64,000 nt of DNA from Verrucomicrobiota bacterium. GTDB lineage: Bacteria; Verrucomicrobiota; Verrucomicrobiia; JAWXBN01; JAWXCD01. Below the pieces are notes generated by a model. It worked only from the letters and a program-made list of their open reading frames with translations. It did no database searches and was not told the DNA's origin. Positions within the stretch are counted from its first letter, which is position 1, and every line of letters starts with the position of its first letter. The stretch is from NCBI GenBank assembly GCA_034440535.1, contig JAWXCD010000003.1, forward strand, positions 2,717 to 66,716, read 5' to 3'. This document shows, piece after piece, positions 60,228 to 64,000 of the stretch. The translations under genes were made by a program, and so were the position numbers.

Positions 60228-61118
60228 TTATCTATTCCCAAACCTTCGCGGCTTCGCGGCTTTGCTCCTTCGCGTGAAATTCCCTGTTCCCAGTTGCGCC
60301 TTTTCGCGGCCACATCCTTCACCCTTCGTCGGCCCCTTCCACCCCAGGAGGCCACTGATGCTTGCCACAGATTCCAGCAGAAGCGCAGCCACCTCTTTTT
60401 GACGGGGTTTGAGCCTGTGCGAAATCCCAGATACACCGAGTGCTCCTACGATAGAACCGTGATAATCCCGCACTGGAGCTGCCATGCAAAAGACCCCTTC
60501 ATCACGTTGGTTATCATCTATACTCACTCCCTCTTTTTTATGTGCCGAAATTTGCTGGAAAACGTCTTTAATGGTGTGAGGCGTATGCGATGTGAATTTT
60601 TTAAGAGGTGACGAGCCGAGCAATTCTTTCAATGTGGCGAGAGAGTGATCCATCAGGAGCGCCTTGCCGACAGCGGTGCAATGAAGGTCAACTGAATCCC
60701 CTACTTCGTGGCGGATGGTGACCGGTTGACGTCCAGTCACTCCCTCAATAAACACCGCACGATTTCCCGACAGGACCGCGAGATGCGCTGTTTCTCCAAA
60801 AACTTTTTGCAGGTTATGAAGATGGGGACCCACCAAACCTGGAAGGCGGAGGTGCCGTCCAGCCAACCCTGCAAGCGCGAACACCGCGGTTCCGAGCTGA
60901 TATTGGCGATTGCTCTGGTTATAACTCACTAACTTATGCTGGGCAAAAGTGTTCAACATACGAAAGATGGAACTCCGGTCCATGTCCATGAGTTTAGCGA
61001 GATCGCTCAGTTGAGGTAACGTTCCATCAGGAGGCGATCCCACGTGTTCCAATAAAGTCAGTGCGCGGTCAAGTGATTGAATTGTGGAAACGGGGGAAGA
61101 TTTAGCCTTGCCTTTCAT
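60228..61118 (-). CDS. IclR-family transcriptional regulator
   Basis: N-terminal wHTH (IQSLDRALTLLEHV...LSDLAKLMDMDRSSIFRMLNTF) and a C-terminal effector-binding domain. ATG 61118 is preferred over the track start 61172. It is divergent from the cyclase gene. Confidence 0.75.
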   Translation of the reverse strand: MKGKAKSSPVSTIQSLDRALTLLEHVGSPPDGTLPQLSDLAKLMDMDRSSIFRMLNTFAQHKLVSYNQSNRQYQLGTAVFALAGLAGRHLRLPGLVGPHLHNLQKVFGETAHLAVLSGNRAVFIEGVTGRQPVTIRHEVGDSVDLHCTAVGKALLMDHSLATLKELLGSSPLKKFTSHTPHTIKDVFQQISAHKKEGVSIDDNQRDEGVFCMAAPVRDYHGSIVGALGVSGISHRLKPRQKEVAALLLESVASISGLLGWKGPTKGEGCGREKAQLGTGNFTRRSKAAKPRRFGNR

Positions 61119-61175
61119 TGATGTATATAATACAATACCATTGCATAATACGCAATACCAAAAAAAGGACAACCA

Positions 61176-61868
61176 ATGAACCCCGATGTATTTGACGGTT
61201 TTGAAATGATCGATCTCTCACTACCCATTTATCATGATGCCCCGATCTGGAGCGCCGAACCCCAGTGCATCGTCCATGATTGGATTCGTAAAGGGCGCTG
61301 TTATGGCCGGCCAGAACCCTTGAATATGAAATATTTCTGTATGGCGGGACATCAAGGCACTCATACCGATGCCCCGTATCATATGAATAACGATGGGGTT
61401 AAACTTGATCAGATCCCCCTCCGCCGTTACATGGGTTGGGCTCGGTGCCTTGACTTTACGCACAAAAAACTGGGTGACCACTTTACCGCCGAGGATCTCA
61501 AAAAGGCTGATGTTAAGCCGGGCGAACGCATTCTTCTCTACACCGGGTGGGACCGTTATTTGAACCCATTTGATGAAACCTATTTCAACCTTGATCACCC
61601 TCATTTTTCCGAAGATGCCATTTACTGGATCCTCGATAATAAATTGGAGCTTGTGGGCATGGACGTTCCTTCGACCGACCCTTCCCTCGTTGATCATCCT
61701 AAAATTTTTGAGCGTCTGGAGCATTTCCCTATTTTACTGGAGCTGATGACTAACCTCAAACCACTCGCTGGCCGGGAGTTTTATCTCATGTGCCTGCCCT
61801 TGAATGTACAAGAAGGTGATGGCTCCTGGGTGCGCGCAGTCGCTATGGTACCACCCGTTAAGAAATAA
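61176..61868 (+). CDS. cyclase-family protein (kynurenine-formamidase-like metal hydrolase)
   Basis: HxGTHxDAPxH motif (HQGTHTDAPYH), length 230 aa. Confidence 0.75.
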   Translation: MNPDVFDGFEMIDLSLPIYHDAPIWSAEPQCIVHDWIRKGRCYGRPEPLNMKYFCMAGHQGTHTDAPYHMNNDGVKLDQIPLRRYMGWARCLDFTHKKLGDHFTAEDLKKADVKPGERILLYTGWDRYLNPFDETYFNLDHPHFSEDAIYWILDNKLELVGMDVPSTDPSLVDHPKIFERLEHFPILLELMTNLKPLAGREFYLMCLPLNVQEGDGSWVRAVAMVPPVKK

Positions 61869-61893
61869 TACTTAAACACTTACGAGGAAATAT

Positions 61894-62184
61894 ATGAAAG
61901 TTGAACACATGGTTTGGTTTAAATGGAATGAAGGCGTCACACCCGCTCAAATTGAGCAGCATCTCAGCGGGCTTCGGAGTTTAACAGAAAAGGTGCCGGG
62001 TATTATCGCTCTTAAATGTGGGCTCAACTTTACCGATCGCGCCCGTGGTTTTACTCATGGCCTTTCGGTCACTTTAGAGAGCCTGGAAGGCTTAAAGATT
62101 TATGCGGACCATCCTGAACATATGGCCGTGGCAACTAAAATCAGATCCGATGCCGAGGTTATGGCAATGGATTTTGAATTCTAA
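61894..62184 (+). CDS. Dabb (stress-responsive dimeric alpha+beta barrel) family protein
   Basis: A 96-aa protein with HMVWFKW...GIIALKCG...HPEHMAV, the pattern typical of Dabb domains. Confidence 0.65.
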   Translation: MKVEHMVWFKWNEGVTPAQIEQHLSGLRSLTEKVPGIIALKCGLNFTDRARGFTHGLSVTLESLEGLKIYADHPEHMAVATKIRSDAEVMAMDFEF

Positions 62185-62202
62185 TTCAATCGCAAAAAAT
62201 TT

Positions 62203-63795
62203 ATGACTCATCATGGCGGCCAATTTATTAACGGACACTGGGTTCGTTCGGGATCTGTTACGTTCGACGCGGTTAATCCAGCGACGGGCGAGAAAATAGG
62301 TTCTTCATTTGCTCAAGCCACTGCTGAGGAAATTGAGGCAGCCCTAGCCGCAGCAGTGACGGCGCACATCCAAATGCGTGAGCTCGAACCAGAGCACGTG
62401 GCTACGTTTATAGAGGCCGTTGCTTCAGAACTCATGGCATTGGGTGACGAGTGGTTACAGGTCGCTTCGGCGGAGTCAGGGCTTTCGATTAAACCACGTC
62501 TCGAAGGCGAACGCGCGCGCACGTGCGGGCAGTTAAATCTCTTTGCCTCGGTCGTGCGTGAGGGAAGCTGGCGTGAGGCAAGGATCGACACGGCTTTACC
62601 CAATCGTCAACCCCTGCCCCGACCGGATTTACGCATGTCTCTTGAAGCCTTGGGTCCAGTTGTCATTTTCGATGCCAGCAATTTCCCTCTTGGTTTCGGG
62701 GCGTGCGGCAATGATATGGCGTCCGCTATCGCTGCGGGTTGTCCTGTCATCATTAAAAGTCACACGCTGCATCCGGGAACGAATGAATTGGCCGCTCGCG
62801 CTGTTGCGACTGCCATGGAAAAAACCAAATTCCCAAAGGGTGCTTTCTCCCTTCTCCAGGGTTCAGGTCGTGAGGTGGGTGCCTCTCTTGTAAAACATCC
62901 CAAAACGGCGGCTGTGGGTTTTACGGGTTCTGAAAGTGGTGGACGTGCGTTATTTGATCTCGCCTCCGCGCGACCACTTCCCATTCCTGTCTATGCAGAA
63001 ATGGGCAGTTTAAATCCATTGATCATCATGCCTGGCGCCACAAACACTCGCTCGGAGGTTTTAGCCAAGGGTCTTGCTCAATCTCTACTTCTCGGCGCGG
63101 GCCAGTTTTGCACGAAGCCGGGTTTAATCTTTCTCTTGGAGACTGAAGCGACCGACGCTTTTATTAAGTCATTAACTCAAGAAGTAAGCGCTGCAAATTC
63201 TCTGACTTTACTTGGAAAAACGATGCAGGATGCCCTCTCCAAGGTAACTCAATCTATGGAAGCTGTGAGTGGTGTCTCAAAACTCATTTCCGGCAAACCT
63301 TCCGGTTATGCAGGGCATTCAGCTTGCCTTTACATGGTCGAATCATCTGTCTGGAAGTCCCAATCGAATCTTCATTGCGAGGCTTTTGGCCCGGCGGGTG
63401 TCATTGTGCGGGTCAAAAACCTAAGCGATTTACTTGAGTGCTTACAATGTATACCAGGCACACTGACCGCCACGTTGCACCATGGTGAGGGCGATCATGC
63501 GAATGACCTTAAAAATATCGTGGCCAGCTTATCAATTCGAGCGGGCAGAGTCATTTTCAACGGTTTCCCCACAGGAGTCGAAGTCAGCCATGCCATGATG
63601 CATGGAGGCCCCTATCCTGCAACAACTCAGAGCCTTTTTACGTCTGTCGGAACTCAGGCCATTAAACGCTTTGCACGCCCGGTTTGTTATCAGAACATTC
63701 CCGAACGTTTTCTTCCGCCTACGCTTCACAACGCTAACCTCTTAAAAGTTATGCGTCTCGTAAACGGCGAATACACCCGCGACGCAATTTCCTGA
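62203..63795 (+). CDS. NAD(P)-dependent aldehyde dehydrogenase (2,5-dioxovalerate/alpha-ketoglutarate-semialdehyde dehydrogenase-like)
   Basis: A 530-aa ALDH-superfamily protein. It has the N-terminus FINGHWV...AVNPATGE, a cofactor region GFTGSESGGR and a catalytic Cys context GQFCT. Confidence 0.8.
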   Translation: MTHHGGQFINGHWVRSGSVTFDAVNPATGEKIGSSFAQATAEEIEAALAAAVTAHIQMRELEPEHVATFIEAVASELMALGDEWLQVASAESGLSIKPRLEGERARTCGQLNLFASVVREGSWREARIDTALPNRQPLPRPDLRMSLEALGPVVIFDASNFPLGFGACGNDMASAIAAGCPVIIKSHTLHPGTNELAARAVATAMEKTKFPKGAFSLLQGSGREVGASLVKHPKTAAVGFTGSESGGRALFDLASARPLPIPVYAEMGSLNPLIIMPGATNTRSEVLAKGLAQSLLLGAGQFCTKPGLIFLLETEATDAFIKSLTQEVSAANSLTLLGKTMQDALSKVTQSMEAVSGVSKLISGKPSGYAGHSACLYMVESSVWKSQSNLHCEAFGPAGVIVRVKNLSDLLECLQCIPGTLTATLHHGEGDHANDLKNIVASLSIRAGRVIFNGFPTGVEVSHAMMHGGPYPATTQSLFTSVGTQAIKRFARPVCYQNIPERFLPPTLHNANLLKVMRLVNGEYTRDAIS

Positions 63796-64000
63796 GTTGT
63801 TTTCTAATTTAACCATGTGGCATAGACAATCCTGTCTGTGCTCCTGAGTTTTCACAGATTTCATCTTCCTCCGCCTTTATAAAATCTGGCTTAATCTTGC
63901 GCTCCTTAGTCTTTTTTGCGTCTTTTGCCCCTTTCGCGGCTATTTTCCTAATGCGAGTGGGTAATGGCTCAACTCTGATGAATTTTGGTCTCACACGAAG

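Noticed and set aside
60180-60611. 143-aa plus-strand ORF overlapping the IclR gene
   Set aside because: It is antisense to a regulator with clear wHTH and effector domains. Its Cys/Arg-rich composition is typical of shadow ORFs.
61221-61724. 167-aa minus-strand ORF inside the cyclase gene
   Set aside because: It is antisense to a CDS bearing the HxGTHxDAPxH cyclase motif and has no domain.
63809-63994. 61-aa Lys-rich minus-strand ORF after the aldehyde dehydrogenase
   Set aside because: It is low-complexity (KKTKERKIK), has no domain and overlaps a likely terminator or 3' region. It could be the tail of a gene starting beyond the window, but nothing supports that.
1-64000. tRNA, rRNA, tmRNA, RNase P RNA or CRISPR arrays
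   Set aside because: No T-loop-like GTTCRANYC within a cloverleaf context turns up in any intergenic region. There are no regularly spaced direct repeats. The only repeat family found is the two-copy structured element.

Overview
The window reads as a GC-moderate chromosome segment, probably from a PVC-group bacterium (Verrucomicrobia-like). The guess rests on a giant PEP-CTERM protein with autotransporter-type beta-strand repeats and on an ACIII-cbb3 respiratory operon. From left to right it contains five blocks.

- **1-11172, + strand:** a tightly packed surface-polysaccharide (O-antigen/capsule-like) cluster. It holds a DegT aminotransferase (5' partial), a WbqC-family protein, two paralogous SAM methyltransferases, an SDR epimerase, an ATP-grasp ligase and a truncated metallophosphoesterase. 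It also holds two tandem five-bladed beta-propeller (GH32/GH43-like) paralogs and four family-2 glycosyltransferases, some of them in a visibly AT-rich island.
- **11402-17658, + strand:** glutamate synthase gltB-gltD.
- **17780-20227:** a small secreted hypothetical protein, a VOC/glyoxalase-fold protein and a beta-CASP metallo-beta-lactamase-fold RNase.
- **20228-47674:** the accessory-looking core. It opens with a 476-bp convergent intergenic region. Then come a 719-aa secreted right-handed beta-helix protein with a CBM9-like tail and a ~1.2-kb zone of gene remnants (an AraC HTH fragment and frameshifted ORFs). A 22.8-kb gene follows, encoding a ~7,600-aa PEP-CTERM-anchored surface protein built from at least six ~0.7-1.5-kaa super-repeats plus a lamin-tail-like domain. 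A ~105-nt structured repeat occurs twice, each time abutting the stop codon of one of the two secreted-protein genes. Its central hairpin differs in sequence between the copies while keeping complementarity.
- **47675-59130, - strand:** one translationally coupled 11-gene operon, actABCDEF + unknown + ccoS-ccoN-ccoO + a CcoP-like cytochrome c (Alternative Complex III plus cbb3 oxidase).
- **59520-63795:** a peroxiredoxin and an IclR-regulated cyclase/Dabb/aldehyde-dehydrogenase module.

I found no rRNA, tRNA or CRISPR array. The ORF track reports GTG/TTG starts as M; I re-derived several start codons from the DNA accordingly.
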